A stretch of DNA of 64,000 bases from the human T2T-CHM13v2.0 reference genome, Homo sapiens: assembly GCF_009914755.1 (NCBI RefSeq), contig NC_060933.1; one strand, written 5' to 3'. Made by a program: the position numbers and the translations under genes. A model generated the notes under the pieces. It did no database searches. It saw only the letters and a program-made list of their open reading frames with translations, and was not told the DNA's origin. Below are positions 40,201 to 55,622 of the stretch, in pieces (the first letter of the stretch is position 1; every line of letters starts with the position of its first letter).

Positions 40201-40946
40201 TTGGATAATGTAAATTGATATGTTTAACTATTTTTGAGGTGTCAGCCAAAGGTCACTGGTATTCTGGGGCAGAGATACATGGCAGATTTAATTGGGGTAA
40301 TTCAAACATTTAATATTGCTTCAATATGTCTTGATATCCTTAAATTGAAAATAAGATCAGCTTGTTCTAGCTATAGATTTAAAAATTACTTAAAATCATT
40401 TCCCACTTTTTCAGGAAGAGAAACGTAATATTGCAAGTTGTGAGTTCAAAACAATGATCAGTAAGTATAAGTCAAAGAAAGCCTTGAAATAAGAGTAATA
40501 GGCATGTAAATATCTCTCAATAATATTTGTTATCAATTCAGAGGTGATAAAGTTTTTTTTTTTTAAAAAAAAAGAGCTGCCCAGGACAAATTTGTTTGTA
40601 AGACCAAGCAAAGTCTTACCTTCTCTAAACATTTTTACTGCCAAATCATATTTTCAAGTAATAGACCAAGGATCTTTACAAATCAAACTGAATTATGAGA
40701 AAAATTAAGGCTAGCCTGAGTAAATAATATGCCCATTAATATTCATGCTATTGACTCACAGAGGTAACTGTGTGTGCGTGTGTGCGTGTGTACTATGTTA
40801 GAAAAGGTGCAACCCCTAGATAAAATAAACTTGAAAGATTTATGATTTCTTTGTATAAGCAATATAGCTGATAAGTAGAAATATTGCTATAGGTCCAGTG
40901 TGATGCTCTTCTCAATTGCATTCCTGAAAATTGTAAAAACAAGTTT

Positions 40947-41243
40947 GTTTTTTTTTTTGAAATAGGGTCTCACTCTGTTGCCCAGGCTGGAGTGCAATAG
41001 ACTGATCTTGGCTCATTGTAGATTTGACCTCCTGGGCTCAAGCGATCCTCCCACCCTAGTCTCCTGAATAGCAGAGACTACTGGCACACACCACCATACT
41101 TAGCCAACTTTTGTATTTTTTTTTTAGAGATAGAGGTCTTACTATGTTGCCCAGTCTGGTCTTGAACTTCTGGACTCAAGTGATCTTCCTGCCTCAGTCT
41201 CCCAAACTACTGGGACTACAGGTATGAGCTACTGTGCCCGGTT
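40947..41243 (-). mobile_element. AluJ-type with TSD gtaaaaacaagttt
   Basis: J diagnostics ('gggctcaagcgatcctcccacc'); identical flanks at 40933-40946 and 41244-41257. Confidence 0.95.
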
Positions 41244-41260
41244 GTAAAAACAAGTTTTGA

Positions 41261-41602
<342 letters not shown>

Positions 41603-42354
41603 TTGTGGTTACTATTTCTTGAAGAGACACAGTGCAATACCCTCCAGGGTGCTAGCTATATGAGTGCAGAGACCATCTGCATTTTATCTTTAGGACCTAT
41701 AAGAGTACTTGGTATGTAATTGCAACTCAATACATATTTGTGGAAAGAACAAAAACGTAGATTAAGACCATTGCATTCCGTGACCATAAACTTTCCCACT
41801 TATCCACTGGACCAAAACTTAATTATCTTCCAAGGCCCAGATCCAAAATTGCATTTCCTCTTTTAGTACAGTAGGAGGAACCAATAAATATCTTCCTCAT
41901 GACAAAAAGAATAATAAAAATGATTATGAATGCCATTTATTGAGCCACCAATATGCCAATCTTTCTAAACAGAGTCACTCTAATTCTTACAACATCCTTT
42001 GAAGCAGACTTGTTTGCCTCCTTCCCTAATTGAAGAAAAAGGGGGCCACAAAAGTAAATATATGCCCAATTCACAGAGCTAATAATTGACAGATCCAGTA
42101 TTAAAAAATGGGTTTCTCTGCTTCCAGACGGTGTTTTTCCAACTCTGCCAAGCTGCTTCCCACACTTTTAAAGCACTGTAATATGCTAATTTAAATAGGC
42201 ATCGTTTGCATTATTGAGCAGCTGTGTGAGGCTCCAAATTGACTTGTCTTCCAAACTGCACAGAAAATAATATCTAATCCATATTAATTATAAATACATA
42301 ACCCTGTGTTTTAAGTACTGGGTAGTTGATGAGTATTGCTGAGCTAAATTTTTA

Positions 42355-42741
<387 letters not shown>

Positions 42742-42922
42742 TTAAACCTTGAAAGGACCTTAGAAATATTTAGTACAGTATTTCATAATGAGAGTGCTTT
42801 TGTTTTTGGGCAAGAGTTGTACAGGGCTAGAAAGGGCTTAATATGTTGCCTCTTTGCCTTTCCCCTACTCAAGGCCAAAGGCACTCCTGTCATTAAGGCA
42901 ATCAGAAATGCCTCTCCACATT

Positions 42923-42976
42923 AAAACAAAACAAAACAAAACAAACAAAAACAACAACAACAACAATAACAAAAAA
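42923..42976 (+). repeat. (CAAAA)n/(CAA)n simple repeat
   Basis: Seen directly. Confidence 0.9.
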
Positions 42977-43236
42977 TCCCTCTTTCATGCATTTGAAAAG
43001 GTTCCACTGGGAGGCTACCATCACATAAGGACTGCTGATTGTCCAAATCCAACTTGTGTGGAGCCTGTAGGTGTAGAGATAGTGGGTGCTCTACTCAAGA
43101 TCACACAGTAAGTAAAGTAAAGAGCAGAGCCAGGAGTGTTCTATTTAGTGGTAATAACATCTACCATTTACTAAGAACTTTAGTTCCAGACCCTATACTA
43201 AGGGATTTACATTACTGTCTTCTTTGTTCCCCAGCC

Positions 43237-43653
43237 TGTATAAGGAACTTATACAAATTTACAAGAAAAAAACCTATTTAAAAGCAGGCAAAGGACATGA
43301 ACAGACACTTTTCAAAAGAAGACATATTGCAGCCAGCAATCATATTAAAAAAAGCTCGACATCACTGATCATTAGAGAAATGCAAACATCACTGATCATT
43401 AGAGAAATGCAAATCAAACCACAATGAGTTACCATCTCACAGAAATCAGAATGGCTATTATAAAAAAGTCAAAAAATAACAGATGCTGGCGAGGTAGGAG
43501 GGAGAGAATCAGGAAAAATAACTAATGAGTACTAGGCTTAATAGCTGGGTAATGAAATAATCCGTATAACCAACCTCCCTGACACAAGTAGATCTATGTA
43601 ACAAATCTGCACTTGTATCCTTGAACTTAAAATAAAAGTTAAAAAAAAAAAAA
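43237..43653 (+). mobile_element. Older L1PA (about PA13-16) 3' fragment with internal deletion and 27-bp tandem duplication
   Basis: ORF2 C-terminal motifs ('aaggacatgaacagacacttttcaaaagaagacata') fused at ~43495 to distal 3'UTR 'aggagggagagaatcaggaaaaataactaatgagtactaggcttaat' plus poly(A). Confidence 0.85.
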
Positions 43654-44677
43654 CTGGCTAGGCAGTCAGAGAGACTTTGTAAAAGACAAAGAGCTAGAAT
43701 TGTACTTGCCCCTAGAAATATAGACAAGAGTCATATTAATAAAAAACAGAAGATGGCACTGGATAAATAAGAATGAAAATATTTAAAATCAGTGCATTGC
43801 AAGATGGAGATATGTGTAGATGTGTCTGAGAAAGAGAGAGAGCGAGCTAGTGTTGTAGTGGCCTCCATCAAGGTAGGAAATATCCGTAACAAAGAGCAAA
43901 GCATAATTGGAGGATGGAATACAAGCAAATGTTCAAATATACAACAGCTTTGGGATTGACCCAAGGGAATTTCGTTTCATCCTTAGAGGAAACAGCTTAT
44001 TCATTCGTGGCCCCTTAATCATAATCCCAAGAATAGTATGTGAAGAGTGAAACTAATCCCAAGATACTGAAGAGGCACTAATTGTTTTACGTATTGTAGC
44101 TGGTCATGTGAAGGTATGTTGAAAGGGTTAGAGTGCTTTGAATAAGAGAAAGAAAATAAAAGAGCAATATTCAGCAGAGATGTGACAGAGAACCTGAATA
44201 ATTGAAGCAATGAGAAAAGAAAAGGAATTTGGATGGATTAGTCCTGAAAAATGAAGGCTTGGGATAAAGGAGGTAGGGAATGGGAAGTGAGGTGCCAGTG
44301 GATGACTCATAGCATTCAGCTTACATTCCTTTGTGCAGAGCACTTTAGCACAGTGACTGACACTACAGAATATACAGAAATGACACTGTGGTCTCTATTC
44401 TTAAGAAGTTTCTAGTCTTATAAAATCTATATAATGGATGTAAATCAATCACTTTTATAAGAGGCGATAAGTATTCTGGTGGCATCATAAAGAGAAAATT
44501 GCACCCAGCTGGAGGGAGTAGAGTGGGTGATTTCCCCATTGAGGTTACAGAAACAGCACTGTATTAGAATATATAAGATAGGCATTTATATCCTGATTCT
44601 GTCCTCCAGCAGGTCCTTCCATGGATATTGGGCAGCATTTTCTTCTCTATAGGCCTGTGTGTGTGTGCCCACATAGG

Positions 44678-44852
44678 TATTGTTTTAAATTTGGTTTCAT
44701 ATTAGAATCCCACAGAGAGCTTTTAAAAAGTACTAATATTGAGCCTTAACCCAGACTATTTAAATAAGAAATTGCTGTAAGCTGGGCTTAGGCATTGACA
44801 ATTTAAAAACGTTCCCAGGTGATTCTATTAAGTTGCAGGTTTGAGAACTCCT
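44678..44852. mobile_element. MER5-family hAT MITE
   Basis: 'attagaatcccacagagagcttttaaaaagtactaat...ttcccaggtgattctattaagttgcaggtttgagaactcct'. Confidence 0.75.
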
Positions 44853-47779
44853 TTGCTTTAGTTTGCTTCAAGGATGGTGAGGAAGTTAGAGCAAATCAAA
44901 TTTAAAGTCACTTCCAATTTAAAAACTTTATCATTCCATTCATTTCATATTCTTATTTACACATTATCTTCTCCTTTTGCTGATGAAGACAGAGATCTAG
45001 ACAGTGTATGTGACTTCCTCGAAAAGCAGGTAAGTCCCGCAATAAGAAAATGTCAGCATCTGCACCATGGCCCTGTGCTTCTGCTTACCAGCCTTGAGCC
45101 TTCCTCCCCATCACTTGGCCATTCATCCTCTTAGATGAATTCTGAGATCCTGACTACAGGGAAGGGTTAGGTTAAAGGCTTAGGGTATTTGTGAACTTAT
45201 AATACAATTTGTCAACATTCTGGAATTGAATTTTGCATCAGTAACAGCAGTGTTAGGGGTAGCAAAGTGACAGTCTCAGCAGCAGTGTTTGATTCTCCCA
45301 CTGACACACTCTTCGACGTTTTGCCCCTATTTGAAGAGGCATTCAGGTGTAAGTCAATACAGCTGGGTCTCAGGGTGCACCTGAGTCGGGAAGTGGCTTG
45401 CTGCTCCCCAGGCTGAACAGTGGAGGGAGACAGAACTCTGAATTTGCCCTAATGGGTTTTTTTGACCACTAAGTGCTGGTTTTCATTTTCTCTGAAATAT
45501 TGTTGTTGTTGTTGTTGTTGTTTGAAAAATATATATAAATGACCCTTACCTCAGAGTTATGGAGAATAGATTAAAAGTGCTGTGGGGGAGACATGGGTGA
45601 GTTAGCTCAGACTAACAAATTTAGGAAGGGACGAGGAAAAAGGGGACCACACAGGCCAAAAAGTGAGTGTGTGGAGGTTTGTTTGCCCCTGTGCAAGGGG
45701 AAAGGAAGGACATGAATGAGGGAAATGAGTTGGGTGTTGATAAATATGTTGAAACATCTGACCTCAACTTTTGGAGTTAAGAGTACAGTCTTTACAGACC
45801 ATTCAAAGTAATTCTGGCTTTTCTTTCTCTTTCTCTTGCTTTTCTCAATGAAATCCTTATGAAGTATGTACTAAAAACAGGGCTGTGAGTTTCAAGAGGG
45901 CAGAGGCATGTCTGTTCACTTCTTTGTGACTAGGACCTAGCTCAGTGCCTGAACCACGGTAGATTCTCACCACCTGTTTGATTCTGATGAATTCACTGAG
46001 AACACCAACTCATTGGCACAGGCAGCACCTCCTTAAGAGTTTTCTTTTAAACCACCTTAGCATTTATGTGCTCCAACCTCAAAGGTAAGCAAATCATATT
46101 GCCTATGTGATATCAGAGCTTAGCCACAGTCTGTTGAGTTGCTCATGGTGTTAAGTGAGTTCTTCTATGGAGCTTTATGTTCTTAGAATTTGTTTGATGC
46201 GGATCTCTGTTCACTGTGCCTTTCATTCTCTATGATCTTGCAGATGGTGTTTTATCTAAAGAAATCACCTTTATTCCAGGCAAAAAAAAAAAAAATGGCT
46301 CCCAGATATATTGTCAGTGTTTCTGCCAGCTTGTGTTAATTTTCACAACCTCTGAACAACTGGCAAAATAATTGCTGATGTGGCAGCTGCTGTAATGCTC
46401 TCAAGTAATTCAAGTAATTTTCCACGTTATTGGTACATTGATGACACCGTTTAGAACTATAAACAGCATAAAATAGTGGATACATAGTATTCATTCATTC
46501 ATTCAACAAGCATTGATTGCCAGGTGCATCTTGACATTTAAACTCATGTTTTTCCTTTACTAAAATTATTGCATTTTTAAAACATTAATTACAAAATATA
46601 TAATGGTCACTAATAGAGAATCATTGAATAGTTGGGGGGAGGCTCTGCAGGAGAGCAGGCTTATGTAGGTTTTGCTTGTTCATTGATTTGTTTTTGTTTT
46701 GTTTTGATTTATCCAGGAGAGAGCTGTGACTGAAAGTCAACATGGTCACATTTAGGAGAATAAATTCATTTTGAGTTAATGAAAACAGCATTCTCCCATT
46801 CTCCCTCACATAGAAGATCTTAGCAGTGTGTAAATAGCCCCTAGACAGGTGTGTGTGGAGTCCCATTATCTTGAAAAGGTGATGAAATTAGACTCTGGAT
46901 TTCAAGACTTGGAAAAGCAATATTGCTAAAATCTTGGAGGTGTGGACCACTGGGAAAAAGGAGACAATAGTCCTTAGTTTGTGAGAGACAACAACATTAA
47001 GCAAATACAGCTTACTGTTATTGAGAGGTCCAGCTTTCTGAGGCATAGCCACATTTGAGAATGCAAGAAGCAAATACCAAGGTGGACAAATCTAAGAACT
47101 CAAGCAAGGGATACCTATGGCTAGTTTTTGCACTCAGAGAGTGGAATGAGCTTTCCTTAAAGGCCCAAGAACCTACCGAGGCACCTGGATCAGCAGGTGA
47201 TTGACATCATAGGTGGAGCTGATTTTCTTTATTCTTACAAAACTATGGTAATGATAGTAACCAGCCCTAGCTGACTTCTGATAATGAAGCTAGACCTCCT
47301 TTGGGGCTGTGTTGCCTCCAGAATTTCTTACGTAGTTCAGGAGGAAGTGAGAAGCTCCAAATATAAAATGTGTGATTCCCTGCTGATGTGTCAGTAGGAC
47401 CCTATTTTATTTGAAAACTGAGAGAGAATTTTACACATTGGAGTTCTGAGTTTGTAGGAGAATTCATCTTTGATATAGGCAAACTTTGGAGCAATTTAAG
47501 AAAAATTGCACTTGTCTTAGTCAGGGTGAGATCACATCTCTGCATCTCAATGTTTTAGAGTTTTTAGAGTAATCCCAAATATTACTAATTGGAATGAGTA
47601 ATACTATAAGTATTTTTATAGTGTAAGTCTCTATGTGTTCTCATCTTACTTCTCACTAACATGTTGTCAATAACATTCCTCCCTATAAAACATTTTTACC
47701 CCTTGGCTTCCATAACAAAAAACTCTCTTGATTGCTATTCTTCCTTTCTTGCCTCTCTAGAATCTATTTTCCATAGATT

Positions 47780-48930
47780 TACACTATGCTTGTTTGGCTG
47801 CTACCCAACACTGAAGTTGGCTGTGTTCATCTGACTTGGTTTGGACAATGGAATTGGGTGGCAAGTGACTTATATAACTTCTAACCAGAAGCTTTTAGAG
47901 CCCTGTCACATACCTGGCAAAAATCCAGGTGGCAGTCCTTCCATTAAGCTGGATCTCAGAGTGAGGATGACCCGGAGCTGAGCCCTCAGCTGATGTGAGC
48001 TGGGCACAGAACATGAGTAAACATTGTTATTTGTCTTAACTGACTGAGAGTTTTATATTGTTTACTACTGAAGCCTTCCCTACCCTGACTGATGTAGTGG
48101 GACACTTAGAAACTGGGCTGCTGCAAAAAGTCCCTCATATATGTGCCATCCCATTAATGATTGGCTGACAGGTGGTAAACAAACTGATCAGAAGTTGGGA
48201 AGATCATATTTTCTATTTTGCAGAGAAACAGCAAAATTGGTAAAAAAAAATTATCTATGGTAAGTTGGGAAGAAAATTACATAGCTTGTGAACTTGTGGC
48301 TGTAGAAGAAATGGCATGAAAGGGAATTTAGTCCTTCTGGTTCTGTCTGGCAATGCACTAATAAAGAGATGATCTCAGAAATGTATTAGCCAGCTTGTAA
48401 ATTGAAATGTAAGGGAATAGAGAGAATTAGTCAATCCAGGGACTGTAAGAGTTAGAAAAGAAAGTTACTTCTCAATACCAACCAGTAAAGAGTACAATTG
48501 AGAAGGCTCTTGAGTGGCAAAGGCTGATTCAAACTCAAACTTGCAGCAAGGATAAAATTAGAGATATGACCTTTGCACCCATTGATACAACTCTGAAAGG
48601 ATGAAATGTTTGAAAGTTAAAGGGCCAACTAATGAAGTTACACACAGTAAGTCCTTACAACTGCATGCACAAAATGGCTTAAGGAAAAAAAGTGTAACCT
48701 GAAGACGCTCAGGGTACCTACGATTAAGGGGGGATGGGGGAAGGAAGAGAAGAAAGTACAGAGGTTAGAGTACGAAGAAGTAGGTCATATTTAAGAAGTG
48801 AAGAAATGTGTCTACAAGTAAACTGTTTATGTTGCTACTGGCACATGAAATTGGCTGGAATCAAACAGATTTCTTAAAAACTCAGTTTGTGAAAGAGTTC
48901 ATTGTACTAATCATGAGCCACAGAGCTGGA
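47780..48930 (+). mobile_element. MLT1H/I/J-like LTR (~47780-48096) followed by MaLR internal sequence
   Basis: 'gacttggtttggacaatggaattgg...gaagcttttagagcc...accctgactgatgta' then internal-type 'gggctgctgcaaaaagtccctcatatatgtg...aaattggtaaaa...gaacttgtggctgtag'. Confidence 0.65.
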
Positions 48931-49858
48931 TAACAGTTTCAAAATTGTGTTCTAATATAATATGTAAACTATCTGAGGAACACTGGAATGTTAAGCTTGA
49001 GAAAAGGAGGCTTAGGTAGGTTATAATGCATATTTCAGACATATTAAGAACTGAAATGTGAAGAAGACATTGTATGTAGAATTAGAATCTGGAGTCTATT
49101 TTCCAAAGAACAATGACCACTAGCACAATTTAACTCAATGTAAAAAGACCATCAGTACTTTCCAGAAATTGATCAAGCTGTCATGAAAAAAATGAGCTAT
49201 TTAGCATTGGTTTGGCCAAGCCAATGCTGGCTGTCTGGCTTTGGCAGTTGGAGAGGAGTAATGCATTGCATAGCTCATTGGATAAAATTTCCACACAGTT
49301 ATTTATGCCTTTGCTTTATAGATACTTAACTAGCCAGGCATAAAGCTAAATAATTTCAAAGATTATCGTATCTACAAATACAAATATATGAGATTCCTAT
49401 TTATTTTATACAACTAGTAAAACTCACAGCTAGAATATGAAACTAGCCTTTTGAAATTTTCCAGCTCATTGCATCTATGAACCCATTATCTGTAGCTTCT
49501 TTTTGATGATATATCTTTTCCACCAAAGAGTATGTTTTAATGAAATAGGATTAAGGACTTTTACTTTTCATTGGACAGCACTTTTCAATAAAAATAAGGA
49601 TAGATTTAGTAGAAGGAGTTTTGAAATCAAAATTAGAAAACTTACATTCTTGGGCTCACCACTCTCATTGAATGGCCATGGTCTGGGCTTTGAATCTATT
49701 CTTTAGTTCTTTGTATTTTAATTTGTAAGAAAGACTCTACAATGTGTCCTATATGTCAAAGGTTTTTACTGTGGATGGAATCATGTTCATGAACACTGCT
49801 ATTTATAAATAGAATGTGATTTTCATAACTCACAATGGAAACATTTAACCAGACATAG

Positions 49859-50184
<326 letters not shown>

Positions 50185-50769
50185 CAAATCTTTTTGTTTT
50201 TCATATTTCAGCAAATGACTTTTTTCCTGATGTCTTCCCTCCAGCAAAGCAATGTATAACCCCCAAGACTTTTCTGCTTAGGGAGGAGAACTCTTGTTTC
50301 TCAGTATAATTTTTTGTTCATTTGCTTCTTCAGCAACACCTGTCAAGTTTCTCTCCTCTGGCTAGTTCTCAGCCAAGTTGTCACCCACTTGGAAGAGAGT
50401 GAAACTAAAATAGTTTATTACCATCTACTGCGCTACTAAGTACTGGACACTGTGTTAGATGAGTAAATTGATTCTTTAAATTAATCGTTACAATAAGTAT
50501 ATAAAGTGGGCTTTATTTTATAAATAAAGAAATCAACACTCAGAGAGATTAAATAACGACGTCTTATGACTAGTATGTATGGATCGATTTCAAAGTCCAA
50601 GTTCTTTTCATTATGAATGCAACACTTTCTTTTCCCCTCCCACTTTTATAGCTCTATTGTCTGTAATCACTATCAAGGTTGTATCACCATGAGGCCTGTT
50701 CTTCCCGAAAAGTCTCTATCATTCTCCATGACCATTAGCAAGTTTTGAGAGTAAGCACTAATGTATTAC

Positions 50770-51121
50770 TGTCTTAGTCCATTTTCTGCTGCTGTAGCAG
50801 AATACCATAGTCTGGACACTGTACAAAGCAAAGGAATTGATTTAAATCATGGTTCTGGAGGCTGGGAAGTCCAAGATTCAGGAAGTCCATCTAGTGAAGG
50901 CCTTCTTGCTGCATTGTAACATGGTGGAAGTACATCCTATGATAGAAAAAGAGAGGAAATTGGGCCAAATTCCTCCTTTTTTATCAATAACCCACTCCTG
51001 AAGTAACAGCATTAATCCATTCATGGACCTAAGCACCTCTTATAGGTCTGGATTCTCAACACTGTTACAATGGAAATTAAATTTCAACAGGAGTTTTAGA
51101 GGGGGCATTACAACCATAGCA
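50770..51121 (-). mobile_element. MSTB/C/D-like solo LTR
   Basis: 'tgtcttagtccattttctgctgctgtagcagaatacc...ggttctggaggctgggaagtccaagat...caaccatagca'; ATTAC/GTTAC flanks. Confidence 0.85.
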
Positions 51122-51244
51122 GTTACCATGAAACACAAACTTAGGCTGGAAGTAAAGGCTCTTCATTGTTGAACTCCAGTATAATTCACCACAATTATCA
51201 TTGTTGCCTTTATTGCATTTTCTGATCCAGATAAGTGCAATTGC

Positions 51245-51392
51245 TAGTTCTGTCCTATCTAGAATGCAAGCTCCATGAGAGAAAGATTACTTTTGTCTGT
51301 GCTGTTCACTGCTATTCCTAGCTCCTAGAGCAGTGACTGTCACAGACTAGACATTCAATTAGTAGATGTTGGATAGGTGAATAAATGAATGA
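51245..51392 (+). mobile_element. L2 3' end
   Basis: 'ctagaatgcaagctccatgagag...tgttcactgctattcctagctcctagagcagtg...gaataaatgaatga'. Confidence 0.8.
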
Positions 51393-53086
51393 GTATGCTG
51401 CTCTAACATATTTCTAGAACTCTTCTGGAATGCCGTACATCCATCTTCACCTACCTGACTCTTAACCTTCAAGATCTAGATCAAAGACTACTCCTTCCAT
51501 CAATACTTCTTAAATTCTCAGGCTGGAGCTCTATAGAGTTAGTGAATATATACAATTCTAATATTAGTTTGGCTTTTGTAGGCTTGGAGGTAGCTACCAT
51601 TTGCCACCACTGAGTTCCTCTTTTAACTTCATATACGGAAAACAGAGGAAACCGTAGCAAGTGATTACCCCAGTGCCACACAGATAGCAGCCAGTTACTG
51701 GCAGGAACAAGAAAAATTCCAGGCTTCCATCCCCAACCCAAGTACAGTAATCTTTCCATTTATATAAAGGGTAATGAATTATAAAGATTTAACACTCTGA
51801 ATGCTAAAGGCTAATTATTATCTTTAAATGCACAGAGAGATGCAGCCATATGGTATACTTCCATAGGTCAAAATGTGAGAAAGTACAAGTGGGAAGGAGC
51901 TTAGACAGTTCACTAGAAAGACGATCTGTCTGTATATGTGATGAGGATAGTAAGAATGCAGTCAACAGTAAGTGCTTTTTTTTTTCTCTGTATTGCTGAA
52001 AATCCATGACAGACATAGTAGCTGATAAGACTGAGGAGCAGTGGGAGTCCGATCCAGCCCGTTTGAATGAAAGGATGAAACAAACGAAACAAACTTTTTG
52101 AAGCCAGAGCAGCAGTAATCCCTCTTGTGCACATGTTAGTGAAGTTGGCCTTCCAGATATAGATTTGTAAAGAACAAAGTGGCAGCCCATGGATGGCAAT
52201 GGGAAAACCAGGTTTATAGGCAAAAACCTCAGAAGGAAGGTGGGAAAAGGGAAGAGAATGAATTCACTGTGAAGGAAGAATCTGGCTGTCTATTGTTCAT
52301 TGTTTTTGTTTTACCACATACAATTTTGTTGCCCCTAAAATGTATCTTTAGAAGGATGGCGATATCTTTTGTATGAAGATATATGGTTGGAAAGTACTAC
52401 GTTAAATTATATTCATTATCTCTTTGGATTCTCACAGCAATAGGAATTCTCATAGCAATTCCTAATATAGTAGGAATAAGCTATTATCTTATTTTTTTTG
52501 GAAGGTTTTATACTTTTCCCAATATTATAAAGGAGGAAACTGAAGCAGGAAAGTGGGGACTGTGGTAGTATCAGCACAATAAGTTGAAGTCCTGGACTCT
52601 TTCAACTGTTAAGACACCCACCTAATGGCTTCCAGAGCTGAGCTTATAATAACTTTTAATAGAGACCCTATGATAACTATGCATTATTTTAACTGGCTCC
52701 AGAAATGTAACATTTCCTTGCATCTCCTTTTCTTCTTCTCTCCCTCACTTTGTCTCTTCCCTATGCCTTCTCTCCTCCCTACACCTTCCCTTGTTCTCTC
52801 TCTTGTTCTTGTGTCATTATTTTCTCTGTCTCTCTCACTGTTGCTCTCATACTGGTTTCCTTTCTATCCATTTTGCTCTCTCTTCGTCTGAGTCTTTCTG
52901 TCTCTACTGGAGGAAGTTAAAGTGTAAGACTTTGATTTAATCAACTTTGATATAATTTTGAAATTTCGAAAGATTAGTAATGCTTGTTTTAGAACTCCAA
53001 AAACAAAATAATTATAGAAAAATCAAGATGCACAGATGCATACAAGTCCTATAATATGTGATAATAATTGTGATATTTTATTTCTA

Positions 53087-53434
<348 letters not shown>

Positions 53435-55305
53435 TCAGACAACAGAATGATTACAAAGGGAGGGACATAATGAGTCTCAATGAAATACGTGAGAAAGACA
53501 CTGAGAAACCAATGGTGCCTAAAATATAAACTGATGCTCATCTAAAAGCATTTCTCATATTAAGTCCTATTAGGTTATTACTAATAAAGCTTGCGTTACA
53601 TTTCTGTCATCATAGGTTCCTACTGACATTTTAATCATTCCGAATGACATCAAGAGCTAGATTCATTCCACAGTCCAGAAGCTTCTTATCAATGAGTGTA
53701 GAAGTTCAAACAATACTGATCTGTACTTATAGAACTATAAGGAAAATAGATAAATAAAAGCAAAAGTACCACTGACTTATATTTCTGTTCCTTTTGCTTT
53801 ACCTTGGAAGCTGGGCCATCACTGGAGGCAATTGTCCAGGGCTTTACAATACAAGCGTGCATTTGTTCAAAGTCACAGACCCTAAGCTGTTAAAAGGTAC
53901 AGCTTATAATTCTTGGTTCTTGAACAAGGAAATTTCCTTTCCAATTGTCAACTGTGAAGCAGTCAATTTTAAGTTCTCTTTTGCAATCTTTGCAATATAT
54001 ACAGCTTCATTGTTCCTGCCTGGAAGAAAAAAGGCAGCAGCTGGAGGAAGAGACTTGTTCTTAATTCTGAGCCGAAATTCTGTTCAGTTGCCATTTGCTG
54101 ATAGAACCCATGTGTACCCAAACCTACGGTCAAAAAATATGTCTACGGCAAATTGTGATAGTTCCCAAGTTCACAGGATGTGAAAAACAGGGCAGATAAG
54201 AATCTAGTGCTTCATGGTGCCACAGATGTCCAAAAGCAGAACAGATACTGCTGTTTAGCAGAATGCATGGGTCACCAGCTATAACAACTACCTAATTAAC
54301 TCTTACATCCTACTTTAAGTTTCTGCTTATTATGTTTATCAGCATCATGCAAAATCTTTTTGGGTAGTGGATTCACTTATACCATTTTATGCTGCCCTAT
54401 TTATCTTCTCTATTTCATCTACTACTTGGAACAAACACTCTGCGAGGAACACACAATGCTTAAGGCAAGAACTATGGCCAGTAACAAGTGAGACGGCAAG
54501 ATCACAATCTGAAATTTGGGAGCTGTTTTCACTCCATAAGCTGCTGTTGTCTTAAGTACTTATGATGTAGCCCAGAAAAGACAAATAGTCTTCTGAAAAT
54601 ATCTCTACAAAAAAAAAAAAAAAAAAGCCTTCTCCCCAGTACCTATAAAACATTCATAACACCTTCATTGTGCTGTAAATCCTTAGCAGGAGTTGATAAC
54701 AGTGTATGAATTTTTAATGTAACATTTATAAATGGTTATTAAAACTATCCTTAAAGTAAAGTGTCAGTTTATTTTTAATTAACTGTTGGCTATTTAAGCT
54801 CCCAGATGGCCTGGGGAAAGACCAATAAGCCCACATGTCAATTATCCTCCCTTCTGCTCCATCTTTAACCCCTTATTGCTTGCTATCACAAAGACCAATG
54901 CATGTAAGTTCTAAGAACTTAAATAAACTCCAGATTATGGTCTTTGGAACATTTTATTTCTTATAAAGTGGTCCTGAAATGTCTGTCACCTACCATGGCT
55001 ACCATGAAACTTTGAATTAAGCACTACATGGTCTGTCTGAGTCCCAAGAGCCCAGACCAACTTCTACATACATATATGATCCAGCAAGAGAGAAAATTGG
55101 GGCAAAGAAGAGTGATAGGTGGGTTCTAGACTGCTAAACATGAGGCTTAAGATTTTAACTTAGGCTAAGTGACATCCTGCTTGTATGACCTTGAGCCAAT
55201 TTCAGTTTCTTCCAATGTACTTCTTTATCTGCACATATAAAGCTGATGTAAATTGCTCTTATTTCCTCAAGAGGTTATAAGCATCAAATTAAAAGCTGGG
55301 CATAA

Positions 55306-55622
<317 letters not shown>

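Noticed and set aside
45020-46090. Consensus donors CAG|GTAAGT (~45030) and AAG|GTAAGC (~46084)
   Set aside because: The first lies in a MIR-like relic; neither has a convincing upstream acceptor or open frame.
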